NCBI GenBank assembly: GCA_965263035.1
Contig: OZ253580.1
Span: forward strand, 3,840,001 to 3,904,000
Length of the DNA: 64,000 nt
Reading direction: 5' to 3'
Source of the DNA: Acidobacteriota bacterium
GTDB taxonomy: Bacteria > Acidobacteriota > UBA6911 > RPQK01 > JAJDTT01
Below are positions 48,382 through 58,065 of this stretch, piece after piece; the first letter of the stretch is position 1, and every line of letters starts with the position of its first letter. Below the pieces are notes generated by a model. It was not told where the DNA came from. It saw only the letters and a list, made by a program, of their open reading frames with translations, and made no database searches. The translations under genes were made by a program, and so were the position numbers.

Positions 48382-49584
48382 ATGAGACGACTGCTGCTAT
48401 GGGTTGTGAGTGTGGCATGGTTGCTGGAACCGATCCACGCGGCCGGCTGGGAGCGTGTCCAGGTCAAGATCGGCGAGACGGTCAATATCGTTCCCCAAGG
48501 CACGCGGCTGGCCCGGGGCATGCTGGGAATCATACGACATCCCGACGGGTCCATCTTCGTGAACACCCAGACCGGGGGTCTGGCCCGAAGCCGGGACCAA
48601 GGGAAGACCTGGAGCCTGATCCCAGCAGAGAAGGCCTTTGCCCTGGGTGTCAGCCGCGACGGACGGCTCTGGTTGGCGGACGGCGTCAAGGACGCCTCCC
48701 AGTTGGAGGTGCGCCACTCCTCCGACTCGGGCGAGACTTGGACCACGACGGCGCTCGACGTCTCCGATCTCTCCCCGGAATCGAGCCGGCGGCCTTACAA
48801 CTGGACCGGCGACGACTACAACACATTCATCGAGCGGCCCGACGGGACCCTCATGTTCTCGGCCGGTCTGCGGCGACTCCCCTGGTTTTACGAGGATCCG
48901 TCCCTGATGGAGGATGGACTGGTCTCGCCCGACGCCGACGTGGGCGGCCTCTTCCTGTTCCGGAGCCGCGATGGCGGCAAGAGTTGGGGCGAACCGAGCC
49001 TGGTGCATGAGTTTGCCTCCGAGGTGGGCTATGCCGTCGATCCCGCAGACTCGGACCGCATCCTGGCCATGACCCGGATCCAGAGGCCTCTACTGGCGGG
49101 CGAGGATAGGTCGGAGACGCTGAAGAAGACGGGCGCCCCGGCCAGCACCGAGTCCAACATGCCCTCCATCTACAAGAACGGCCTGCTATTGGAATCGCGC
49201 GACGGCGGCCGCACCTTCGCCGAGGTTCCGGGAGGGCTCACCGGATTCTACGAGATTCGCGGGACCATCCTCTGGACGGCGGACAACCGGGTGGTGGTGA
49301 CCCATCAGGGGGCCCACCCGGGTGGAGGCCCGGACGGAACCCTGCTGGCCAGAATCAGTCTCGACGGCGGCCGGCGCTGGCTCGACGGCACGGCAACCGG
49401 GACAACGGCTATGAGCCAATCCCGAAAATTCGTGCTGGTCCCCAGGCCCCCCGGACATTCCTTCACGGCACCCAGCGTGCAGATCTCCGAAAATCGCTTT
49501 CTGAGCGTCTATTTTCACGGAAACCTGAGCCGGAACATCGCCATGGTCAGTGGTGTTTTCTGGCGTTTGGAGCACCTTCCGTGA
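48382..49584 (+). CDS. Exported sialidase-like BNR/Asp-box protein
   Basis: Signal peptide; SRDQGKTW, SSDSGETW, SRDGGKSW, SRDGGRTF, SLDGGRRW. Confidence 0.88.
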   Translation: MRRLLLWVVSVAWLLEPIHAAGWERVQVKIGETVNIVPQGTRLARGMLGIIRHPDGSIFVNTQTGGLARSRDQGKTWSLIPAEKAFALGVSRDGRLWLADGVKDASQLEVRHSSDSGETWTTTALDVSDLSPESSRRPYNWTGDDYNTFIERPDGTLMFSAGLRRLPWFYEDPSLMEDGLVSPDADVGGLFLFRSRDGGKSWGEPSLVHEFASEVGYAVDPADSDRILAMTRIQRPLLAGEDRSETLKKTGAPASTESNMPSIYKNGLLLESRDGGRTFAEVPGGLTGFYEIRGTILWTADNRVVVTHQGAHPGGGPDGTLLARISLDGGRRWLDGTATGTTAMSQSRKFVLVPRPPGHSFTAPSVQISENRFLSVYFHGNLSRNIAMVSGVFWRLEHLP

Positions 49585-49623
49585 AAAAGCTCGGAGACGC
49601 GGCTCGGGCGACATAGGGGAGGC

Positions 49624-51510
49624 ATGGAGCGAGTCGCCATTGCGATTGTGGGCTGCGGGAACTTCGGCTCCAGCATGGCCCGCCTGATCCAGGAGTTGGA
49701 GCCCTTCCGGATCACCGGCTGCTACGATTCCGACCGGGCCGGCGTCGACGCCTTGGCTGCCGGCCTGGAGACTTCCGCCTACGATTCATTCTCCGACTGT
49801 CTCGGCGACCCCAAGGTTGACGCGGTCTTCCTGGCGACGCCCAACCACCTGCACTGCCCCCAGGCGTTGGAGGCGGCCCGGGCGGGCAAGCACATCTTCT
49901 GCGAGAAACCCATGGCGCTCGACGTCCAGGAGTGCCACCGGATGATGGAAGCGGCGACGGCGGACGGCGTGAAGCTCATGGTCGGCCACAAGCGGCGGCT
50001 GCGTCCCCAATACGCCAAGATGGCCCAAGTGGTTCGGAACGGCCGGCTCGGGCGCGTGATGGCGGTCAACATCAATGGTTTCTACCACCGGGATTGGTGG
50101 AGCTGGTGGCTGCGGCGAGAACTGGGCGGAGGGCTGCTTCACGCCTCCGGCGTCCACGACGTCGATTTTCTGCGGCATATCTGTGGCGAAGCAGGAAACG
50201 TGTTCGCCAGGAGTCCCGTGAAGACGGATCACCGCAGTGACTTCGAAGACGAGATCTCGGTGTTGATCCACTTCGAATCGGGCGCGGTGGCCACGCTTCA
50301 GGTCAGCCCCTTTTCCCCGATTCGGACCTTTCGCCAAGCCTTCGGCGTGCATATCGTGCTGGAGCAGGGCGGGATCCTCTACGACCCCAACGATTGCAGT
50401 GTGTCGATCCGGAGCCGGGACGGCTGGGAGGAACGGCATCGGTTCGACAACGAGGCCGGCTTCCGAAGCGCCTACGTCGAAGAGTTGACCAGCTTTGCCG
50501 ACTGGATACTCAGAGACCGGGAGCCGGTGCTCACCGGTTGGGACGGCCTGCGCTGCGTGGAGATCATGGAGGCCGGCTATCTCTCGGCTCGGACCGGACG
50601 GCAGGTCGAGCTGCCGCTGCCGCGGCGGAACGCTCCCGCCGTCATCCGGGGCCCCCTCTCCCGGAGGCGTAACCTGGAGGAGCCGACCCTTTTTGCCCGG
50701 GGTCTCTCCATGCCCGAGGGACCGGCCTTCGACGCCGGCGGAAACCTCTTCGTGGCCAACTGCCGCGCCGACCACGTGTCCAGGATCTCCCCGGCCGGCC
50801 GGGTATCCCGCTTCCTGGCCACGGGCGGAAAGCCCCAGGGCGTGGTGGTGAATCCGGACGGGAGCCTCCTCATATCGGACCACAAGTTGCGCAAGATTCT
50901 GCGGGCCGAACCCGATGGATCGCTGGAAGATTTCTGCACCCACTACATCGATGGGCGCCGGCTTCGGGGACCCAACGAAATCCTTCTCGGTCCCGGCGGG
51001 CAGGTCTACTTCACCGATCCGGGAACGGCGTGGCGTGGCCGTCGTACCGGAGCCGTCTCACGGGTCACGGAGCAGGGTTTCGCGGAAATTCTTGCGGACG
51101 GTCTGGAGTTTACCAACGGTTTGGATTTCCATCCCTGCGGCAAGGCGATCTACGTCGTGGAGACCACGAGCGGTAAGATCCTGCGCGCGCCGCTGGATGA
51201 GTCGGGGGCCTTGGCCGGACCTCTCGAGGAGTTCGTTCGTTTCCCGGGCCGGGTCGGTCCCGACGGGATCCGATTCGCCGCCGATGGCGACCTCTACGTC
51301 ACTCTCTTCGGCCGGGGCCAGATCGCCGTGGTATCCCCCGGCGCCGAGGTGATCGATCGAATCCGGCTTCCCGGTCTGTATCCCACCAACGCGGTCTTCC
51401 GGGACGGTAATCTATTGGTGTGCGAAGGGGCCACGGGCGCCATCTGGAGTCTGGCTCTGGGTGTTGAGGGGCTTCCGAGCTACTCGGAGAGGATTTGGAA
51501 CGGAGTGTGA
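49624..51510 (+). CDS. Fusion of Gfo/Idh/MocA oxidoreductase and SMP-30/gluconolactonase
   Basis: N-half GCGNFG, HIFCEKP, GGGLL..HDVD; C-half PEGP, GPNE, FTNG, GPDG. Confidence 0.9.
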   Translation: MERVAIAIVGCGNFGSSMARLIQELEPFRITGCYDSDRAGVDALAAGLETSAYDSFSDCLGDPKVDAVFLATPNHLHCPQALEAARAGKHIFCEKPMALDVQECHRMMEAATADGVKLMVGHKRRLRPQYAKMAQVVRNGRLGRVMAVNINGFYHRDWWSWWLRRELGGGLLHASGVHDVDFLRHICGEAGNVFARSPVKTDHRSDFEDEISVLIHFESGAVATLQVSPFSPIRTFRQAFGVHIVLEQGGILYDPNDCSVSIRSRDGWEERHRFDNEAGFRSAYVEELTSFADWILRDREPVLTGWDGLRCVEIMEAGYLSARTGRQVELPLPRRNAPAVIRGPLSRRRNLEEPTLFARGLSMPEGPAFDAGGNLFVANCRADHVSRISPAGRVSRFLATGGKPQGVVVNPDGSLLISDHKLRKILRAEPDGSLEDFCTHYIDGRRLRGPNEILLGPGGQVYFTDPGTAWRGRRTGAVSRVTEQGFAEILADGLEFTNGLDFHPCGKAIYVVETTSGKILRAPLDESGALAGPLEEFVRFPGRVGPDGIRFAADGDLYVTLFGRGQIAVVSPGAEVIDRIRLPGLYPTNAVFRDGNLLVCEGATGAIWSLALGVEGLPSYSERIWNGV

Positions 51511-51537
51511 CGGACCACTATCAGGAGGAGAGAAACC

Positions 51538-52554
51538 ATGCCGAAACATCGTCTCGTCTGGCTGACCATCGTCGACCAGGACCCGTCCCCCTTGGAAGCT
51601 CAACTCTCGGGCCTGGACTATGAATTGGAAGTCGTTCGCTCGCCGGACCCGGAACAAACGGTTCAGGCGGTTTGCGGCGGCGACGTGGTTGTCACGGTCG
51701 GCGTGCCGCTTCGGACGGAGGTGCTGGATCAGGCCAAGAGGCTTCAGGCGATTCTCAGCCAGGGACACGGCTTCGATCACATCGACATCGACGACGCCAC
51801 CCGGCAGGGAATCATGGTGGTCAACACGCCCGGCTTCTGCACCGAAGAGGTCTCCAATCATGCCCTGGCCCTGCTGTTGGCCTGCACGCGCCAGATCGTC
51901 AGTCTGGACCGCCGGGTGAGGAACGGAGAGTGGACGCCGAATCTCTGGGGCAGAATAGACCCCATTCCTCCCCTCGTCGGACAGGTTCTGGGTCTGGTGA
52001 GTTTCGGCGGCATCGCCCGGCTCTTTGCCCACAAGGCCCAGGCTCTGGGTCTGAAGGTCATCGCCTACGACCCGTACATTCCCCCCTGGATCGCGCAGGA
52101 GTACCGGATCGAGCTGGTCCCGGACCTGAACGAATTGGCACGCCGCTCCGACTTCGTATCCACTCACGTGCCCAGCGACGCCAGCACCCGGGGCATGCTC
52201 GGCGAAGCCTTCTTCCGGGCCATGAAGCCAAGTGCGTTTTTCGTCAACACGGGCCGGGGGCGGACCGTCGACGAGTCGGCCCTGATTTCGGCGCTCCGGG
52301 AAGGACAGATCGCCGGCGCGGGTCTGGACGTTTTCGAGGTGGAACCGCTCTCCTCGGAGAGCCCGCTTATGGAGATGGAGAACGTAGTCCTGACCCCTCA
52401 CTCGGCCGGGCTTTCCGAAGCGATTTGGAATCGAGGGGCCACGATCATGGGGCAGGAAGCGGCCCGCATCTTCAGGGGGGAGTGGCCCATGTCCCTGGTC
52501 AATCCCAAGGTGCGGGATCGGTTGGCTCCCCGCCGGCCGGCCACCAACAGTTGA
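51538..52554 (+). CDS. D-2-hydroxyacid dehydrogenase family (CtBP-like)
   Basis: GFDHID, NTGRG, GAGLDVFEVEP, TPHSAG. Confidence 0.92.
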   Translation: MPKHRLVWLTIVDQDPSPLEAQLSGLDYELEVVRSPDPEQTVQAVCGGDVVVTVGVPLRTEVLDQAKRLQAILSQGHGFDHIDIDDATRQGIMVVNTPGFCTEEVSNHALALLLACTRQIVSLDRRVRNGEWTPNLWGRIDPIPPLVGQVLGLVSFGGIARLFAHKAQALGLKVIAYDPYIPPWIAQEYRIELVPDLNELARRSDFVSTHVPSDASTRGMLGEAFFRAMKPSAFFVNTGRGRTVDESALISALREGQIAGAGLDVFEVEPLSSESPLMEMENVVLTPHSAGLSEAIWNRGATIMGQEAARIFRGEWPMSLVNPKVRDRLAPRRPATNS

Positions 52555-52575
52555 TTTGAAGGGACCGGACCCCCG

Positions 52576-53346
52576 TCAGCGCCGGCGCGGGGCCAGCACG
52601 AATTCGTCCAGGTCGATCTTGCCTTGGGGCGGGTCGTTGGGGTCGATTCCGCAGAGGAGCATTCCCCAGTCCACGTGAGTCCCGGCCAGGATCGGATCCA
52701 GCGTGCCCTTGCCGGAAGCCATGCTCTGGGAGACGCGGATCCGGCGGGCCAGTCCGCCGTTGGTGTGGCCCATGAAGCTCCATCGGCTTTCGTCGTTGGG
52801 CGGCTTGAAACGGACCTCCTGCCACCCGCCATCCAGCAGAATCCGGTCCCAGGGGAGGGAAGTCAGGGCCCAGTTCCGGTTGGAATCGCCCTCGTGGCCG
52901 GGTCCCTGAATCCAGAAAAAGAGACGCGAGCCCTTGAGATCCAGATCGCGCCCCCGGAGGTAGAAGGACACCTCGGCGTCTCGCAGGTCGGCTCCCGCGA
53001 GCCCGGCGTCGTTGGAATAGGCCACGAAGATCAGGTAAAGCCAGTAGAACTCCCCATGGTTGTCGTCGAAGTACCAGGGAGGTTCCGTATAGGCGAACCC
53101 TCCCGAATGTCCGCCTTTGGCGCTCCACTTCAGAGGGACTCCTTCTCCCCAGAATCCCAGGATGTTCCGGTGCCATCCGGGAGGGTCGGTCCGGTTCTTT
53201 CCGGTGAGCCACTTTCCCGGGCCCGAGTCGAAGCTCTCCCGGTAGACGGTCTGAGCTTCCAGACAGGGGATCGACAGCAGAATTCCGGCAAGGACGAAGA
53301 GTCGTCCCACGGGACCGGCGAGTCTCGGTTCAGTTCCTTTCCACAT
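52576..53346 (-). CDS. Exported hypothetical protein (start uncertain: 53346 or 53310)
   Basis: Signal-like segment then Trp-rich beta-type sequence ending IDLDEF; lies in line with the ferredoxin gene. Confidence 0.6.
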   Translation of the reverse strand: MWKGTEPRLAGPVGRLFVLAGILLSIPCLEAQTVYRESFDSGPGKWLTGKNRTDPPGWHRNILGFWGEGVPLKWSAKGGHSGGFAYTEPPWYFDDNHGEFYWLYLIFVAYSNDAGLAGADLRDAEVSFYLRGRDLDLKGSRLFFWIQGPGHEGDSNRNWALTSLPWDRILLDGGWQEVRFKPPNDESRWSFMGHTNGGLARRIRVSQSMASGKGTLDPILAGTHVDWGMLLCGIDPNDPPQGKIDLDEFVLAPRRR

Positions 53347-53692
53347 ACTCCACCGGCTGGGGATGGATCTCGTCGGCCGGCCTGCGACCTGCGTCGCGCC
53401 GTCCGCTTCCTTCCAGCCGACTGATGATCCGCACCGACATCCCGTGGTCACAACGGATCTGGCAGCTCAATCGGACCCCGGTCGCTCGGCGCCGTTCCAG
53501 GACCTCCTTCTCCGCGGCCGTCATTTGCTCGGGTTCGCCCTCGACGAACTCCACCCGGCAGGTGGTGCAGCGGGCGTTCCCGCCGCAGGCGTGCAGCTGA
53601 TCGATGCCGGCCTCGTCGGTGAGAGCCAGAACCAGCCGCTTGCCGGTATCCACGTCGAAATCTCCTACACCCTCCACAGTCAGCTTGGGCAT
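53330..53692 (-). CDS. 2Fe-2S ferredoxin
   Basis: CGGNARCTTC and RLSCQ. Confidence 0.93.
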   Translation of the reverse strand: MPKLTVEGVGDFDVDTGKRLVLALTDEAGIDQLHACGGNARCTTCRVEFVEGEPEQMTAAEKEVLERRRATGVRLSCQIRCDHGMSVRIISRLEGSGRRDAGRRPADEIHPQPVEYVERN

Positions 53693-53694
53693 GC

Positions 53695-54486
53695 CTACTC
53701 CTCTTTTCTCGTTTCCGGCCGTCGATCGAAGTCTTGCCGGTATTGCAGGTCGTCTCCGAGCGGAACCGCCCGGAACTCGTGTTGGATGGTCCGGTCCAGC
53801 ACCGGGTCGTTGAGGCCCACCAGGAAGCTGTCGCCGACGCCCAGAGCCGTTTCCGGGGGAAGGTCAAGCCGTTTGACCGTCTCATCCACCGAATCCAGGA
53901 AGGAACCGCAACCGCAGTACAGGACCATGGGATCGGCCAGCGATCGAACCTGGTTCAGGTTCAGCAGGTACTCCAGGTCCACCAGCTCGGAGATCTTGCT
54001 GTCCTGCAATGGCACCGTATGCTCTCCCACCACCACGTGGCTGAAGATGCGCAGTTCATCCCAATGGGGCCGGACCTCCTCGTAAGGCCAAGCGGCTCGC
54101 GCCAACGGGTGAGGACACATCTGTTTGGGTTTGTCCGGAAAGAGGGGATCCAATTCCCGATCACACTGGTCGCTGCCGACGGATATGAGGATCTCCCGGC
54201 CGTCTCGGATGGCCACGACCTCGGCCTCTCCACCCGTCATGGAGCCCTGGGCCTCGAAGTCGGGGCTCTGGGTCAGCAGATAGCGTCCCAGGTGGAAGAC
54301 GGAGGGATTCGTGAGCGTCGCCATGGTGAATCGTCCGTCGCGCTCGAGTTGCTCGTCCATCTGCTTCCGCGTCTCCTCCACGTCCCGGGAGCAGAAGCGG
54401 GCGCCGGAAACCGACCCCACCGGGAGGGAGCGCTGCTCGATACCGGACCGCCCCTGCACCGTCATCTCAATGTAGGTGATCTGCAT
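53695..54486 (-). CDS. DUF2848-like (fumarylacetoacetate-hydrolase fold) protein
   Basis: TGGEAE, VGSDQCDRELD, KQMCPHP, HWDEL. Confidence 0.7.
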   Translation of the reverse strand: MQITYIEMTVQGRSGIEQRSLPVGSVSGARFCSRDVEETRKQMDEQLERDGRFTMATLTNPSVFHLGRYLLTQSPDFEAQGSMTGGEAEVVAIRDGREILISVGSDQCDRELDPLFPDKPKQMCPHPLARAAWPYEEVRPHWDELRIFSHVVVGEHTVPLQDSKISELVDLEYLLNLNQVRSLADPMVLYCGCGSFLDSVDETVKRLDLPPETALGVGDSFLVGLNDPVLDRTIQHEFRAVPLGDDLQYRQDFDRRPETRKEE

Positions 54487-54837
54487 CCGCGTAGGATACT
54501 CGGATTTTCCCATCCTTGCGATAGTGTCGAGCCGGTCGAAACAGGACCTGCCCCTGCCTCTTGACGTGCTTCGGATCCGACAGAAAATGGTGAGCTATCG
54601 GGCTGCAATACGCTGGACGCATCCAATTTATCGTGCTATTCCTGGAAAAATGTATGGTGGCGAATTGGACTTGAATCCTCGGGTGGCCGATCGTGGTCAC
54701 TTGGTGCTGCGAACGTCCTACGAAAGATCGCGTCGTGTGTCCGACTCTTATCCAAGCGCTTATTTCCCCAATTACCTATGGACCATGAATTACCGCTTGG
54801 CCGTCCCCAGGCGCGGCGGGGCCGGAGGACCGTCACC

Positions 54838-55815
54838 ATGGCAAGGCATCAACTGTCTTATCTGTTGATCATTCCGATCCTGGTAGTCGCCGGACAGGGT
54901 TTCGCTCCGGCTCAGACCTCGGCTTGCGCCGATCACTCGATTTCCGCCGGAGCCGTGCGGACACCGGAGGAGGTGGAGGCGTTCGTCAAGTGCGCCTACG
55001 AGTTTGTCCAGGAAGTGGGCTTCGAAGAGGCTCGAAGGGCCTTTCACGAAGACGAGCGGTGGAGAAAGGGCGCCTCCTATATTTTCGTCTCGGAAGATAC
55101 GCCGGTGAGTGAAGAGACTCGCAGCTTCGTCTTCCCGCCTGACCCCTCAAGGGAAGGACAGGCGTTCGCAAGACTGCTGAACGATGCCTTCGGCAACAAC
55201 TACTACCAGGAACGAAATCGTATCCTGAGCCTTGTCGATGAGGGCTGGATCTACTATGCATTCACGAACCCGTCGACCGGCGTGGAAGAGCCCAAGGCCT
55301 CCTACGTCAAGAGCATCGACTGGGACGGGATCCCGGCCGCCATCGGCTCCGGAATCTACCGCCGGGACCTCCCGGGGACATGCCGCCGGGAAGAGGTCAA
55401 CGCCACGGTGCTCGGCATGGATCCGTCCAACCAGAGGCTGCAGGAATTCGTCCGCTGCGCCGCCATGGAGCTGGAGTCGATGGGGTACTTCGCCTCCATC
55501 GGCCTGTCCTCGGATCCTCGTTGGAGACAGGACTCGGTCTCCGTGTTCGGCGTGGACGGGAACGGCAACACGCTGTTCAGCGGGGACCCGTACCGCTGGG
55601 GTGGCTGGACCTTGGGCGGGCAGGATACCGAGTTGACCTCCCTGGCCGACCGGGACGACCTGAGCGTGGCCCAGGCCTTCGGTGAAACCTTCCTCTACTA
55701 CATGGCCCGGAATCCCGCCACCGGGATGCAGCAGCGGAAGGTCGTCTTCGTCAAGCGGGTGGTCACCTACGGCCTGCCGATCCTCATCGGCTCCGGCTAC
55801 TATCTGGACGAGTAA
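54838..55815 (+). CDS. Exported double single-Cache domain protein, paralog 1
   Basis: Signal peptide; two repeats of YxF..D.FG..G..YY..NP.TG..K..IGxG.Y; four Cys; GGAGG RBS. Confidence 0.8.
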   Translation: MARHQLSYLLIIPILVVAGQGFAPAQTSACADHSISAGAVRTPEEVEAFVKCAYEFVQEVGFEEARRAFHEDERWRKGASYIFVSEDTPVSEETRSFVFPPDPSREGQAFARLLNDAFGNNYYQERNRILSLVDEGWIYYAFTNPSTGVEEPKASYVKSIDWDGIPAAIGSGIYRRDLPGTCRREEVNATVLGMDPSNQRLQEFVRCAAMELESMGYFASIGLSSDPRWRQDSVSVFGVDGNGNTLFSGDPYRWGGWTLGGQDTELTSLADRDDLSVAQAFGETFLYYMARNPATGMQQRKVVFVKRVVTYGLPILIGSGYYLDE

Positions 55816-55856
55816 GAGAGACTCTCAAGGGCCGATTTCGGATCTGGAGGAACGTC

Positions 55857-56837
55857 ATGACTATGAATCGCAGACTGTCCGGTTGCCTGTTTCCCCTGAC
55901 CCTGATGCTCGCTGCACCTCAGGTTTTCGCCACCGATCCCGCTGCGTCGTGCGCGGAGAAATCCGTCGTCGCCAGCGCCGTGCGCACACGCGACGACGTT
56001 CGCGCCTTCGTTCAATGCGCCTACGAATACGCCATTGAGATGGGGTTGGAAGAAGCTCGCAGGGCGTTCAACGAAGATGAACGTTGGAAGAGCGGTCCCC
56101 TCTACGTCTTCATTTCCGAATCGACGCCGGAGAGCGATCAAGCCCACCACTTCGTTTTTCCGCCCGAGCCCGAGCGGGAGGGTACCTCACGCGGCCTCCT
56201 GATCGACGTCTTCGGCAACGACTACTACAAGGAGCAGCACCGCATCACGAGCGGCTTCGGGGAAGGTTGGCTCTACTATTCGTTCACGAATCCGGCGACC
56301 GGCAGGGACGAGCCGAAGGCGACCTACATCAAGAGCATCGACTGGAACGGGACCCCGGCCGGAATCGGCGCGGGGATCTACCAGCGGGACATCCCCGGCT
56401 CCTGCAACCGCGAAGAGGTCAACGCCGCGGAACTCTCTGCGGATCCTTCCAAGCGGAAGTTGCAGGAATTCGTCCGCTGTGCCGCCATGGAGCTGGAGTC
56501 GATGGGATATTTCGCCTCCATCAGCTTGTCGTCGGACCTGCGGTGGAGAAACGACTCGGTCTACGTGTTCGGCGTGGACGGACACGGCAACACGCTCTTC
56601 AGCGGGGATCCCTACCGCTGGGGCGGCTGGACGTTGGGCGGAGCCGATTCCGAGCTGACGTCGCTCAGCGACCGCGATGACCTCAGCGTGGCCGACGCCT
56701 TCGGTGAAACCTTTCTCTACTACATGTCGCGAAACCCTGCCACGGGGATGCAGCAGAGAAAGGTGGTTTTCGTCAAGCGGGTGGTCACTTACGGGCTGCC
56801 GATCCTGATCGGCTCCGGTTACTACCTGGACGAATGA
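55857..56837 (+). CDS. Exported double single-Cache domain protein, paralog 2
   Basis: Same architecture as paralog 1. Confidence 0.8.
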   Translation: MTMNRRLSGCLFPLTLMLAAPQVFATDPAASCAEKSVVASAVRTRDDVRAFVQCAYEYAIEMGLEEARRAFNEDERWKSGPLYVFISESTPESDQAHHFVFPPEPEREGTSRGLLIDVFGNDYYKEQHRITSGFGEGWLYYSFTNPATGRDEPKATYIKSIDWNGTPAGIGAGIYQRDIPGSCNREEVNAAELSADPSKRKLQEFVRCAAMELESMGYFASISLSSDLRWRNDSVYVFGVDGHGNTLFSGDPYRWGGWTLGGADSELTSLSDRDDLSVADAFGETFLYYMSRNPATGMQQRKVVFVKRVVTYGLPILIGSGYYLDE

Positions 56838-56882
56838 CAGGGCAGCGTTAGTTCCGTTGCAGGTCGGGAAGACCTCAGTGTG

Positions 56883-57704
56883 ATGCGGCGTTCATTGGTT
56901 TGTCTTCTGATCCCCTTGGGCCTCGTGGCCGTGGTGCCGCACGCATTCGCCACCGCTGATGATCTCTCGTGCGCGGACAAGTCCGTCGCCGTCGGGACGC
57001 CCGGAAACGAGCGACTGGCCGTCTTCCCACCAGCCCCCGTAAGGGAAGAACTTCAATTGGGACCGCTGGTCGACGCCTTCGGCAACGAATTCTTCCGTGA
57101 GGGAGCGCGCATCGTCGGCGGTTTCGGGGAGGGATGGCTCTACTACTCTTTCCCCAATCCGGTGACGGGACGGGATGAGCCGAAGGCGTCCTACATCAAG
57201 TCGATCGACTGGGATGGAACGGCCGCGGCCATCGGCGCGGGAGTCTACCTGAGCGACATTCCCGGAACCTGCGTGAGGGACGAGGTCAACGCAATGAGCC
57301 TGGCTGCCGAGCCCTCCGATGAGAGGTTGCAGGCATTCGTCCGATGCGCCGCCATGGAACTGGAAACGATGGGGTATTTCGGCTCCGTCGGGCTGACCTC
57401 GGACCCCCGCTGGAGACAGGACTCGATCTACCTGTTCGGCGTGGATGCCAACGGCAACACCTTGTTCAGCGGCGATCCGTACCGCAGGGGAGGTTGGGCT
57501 TCGAGGGGAGCCGATTCCGAGTTGACGTCGCTCAGCGATCGGGACGATTTGAGCGTTGCCGTAGCCTTCGGCGAAACTTTCCTCTACTACCGGACGCGAA
57601 ATCCCGCCACCGGAATGGAGCAGCGGAAGGTGGTCTTCGTCAAGCGGGTGGTGGTCTACGGGCTGCCGATTCTGATCGGCTCCGGCTATTTTCTGGAGGA
57701 GTGA
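56883..57704 (+). CDS. Exported double Cache protein, paralog 3 (in-frame deletion of about 50 aa)
   Basis: CADKSVAV is joined directly to GTPGNERLAVFPP, skipping the AFVQCA..W..YVF block. Confidence 0.75.
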   Translation: MRRSLVCLLIPLGLVAVVPHAFATADDLSCADKSVAVGTPGNERLAVFPPAPVREELQLGPLVDAFGNEFFREGARIVGGFGEGWLYYSFPNPVTGRDEPKASYIKSIDWDGTAAAIGAGVYLSDIPGTCVRDEVNAMSLAAEPSDERLQAFVRCAAMELETMGYFGSVGLTSDPRWRQDSIYLFGVDANGNTLFSGDPYRRGGWASRGADSELTSLSDRDDLSVAVAFGETFLYYRTRNPATGMEQRKVVFVKRVVVYGLPILIGSGYFLEE

Positions 57705-58065
57705 GACGACTTCCAGCTCCCGTCTGTCACCGCGTCACTGAGAACATGACGTTATCCTGCAGTGATTATCCGGCTTCACTGCCATGTCTGCCGGTGAGCG
57801 GACTTCCCGGGCGAGCACTCCCGTGTGACCTGTGCGTGATCGCCAGGGTGCTGGAATTCACAAAATAATCATGCTATTGCTTGAACTAAGCGGATGCCCG
57901 TACTCATGTCCAAGTGGCCGTCCATTGTTCCCCGATAACTGACGAGGCAGGCTTCATGCGTGCTCATGGAGCGCATTTCGTGTCCGATTCTCACCCTTCG
58001 CTGGTCCCGTGTTCCAACTGCCACCGCGCGAGTCGACTCTGCGGTGAGTCCAGAGGATTGTCGCG

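Noticed and set aside
57705-58065. Possible riboswitch or sRNA in longer intergenic gaps (also 54490-54830, 33610-33850)
   Set aside because: No motif I can recognise by eye; an Rfam covariance search would be needed to decide
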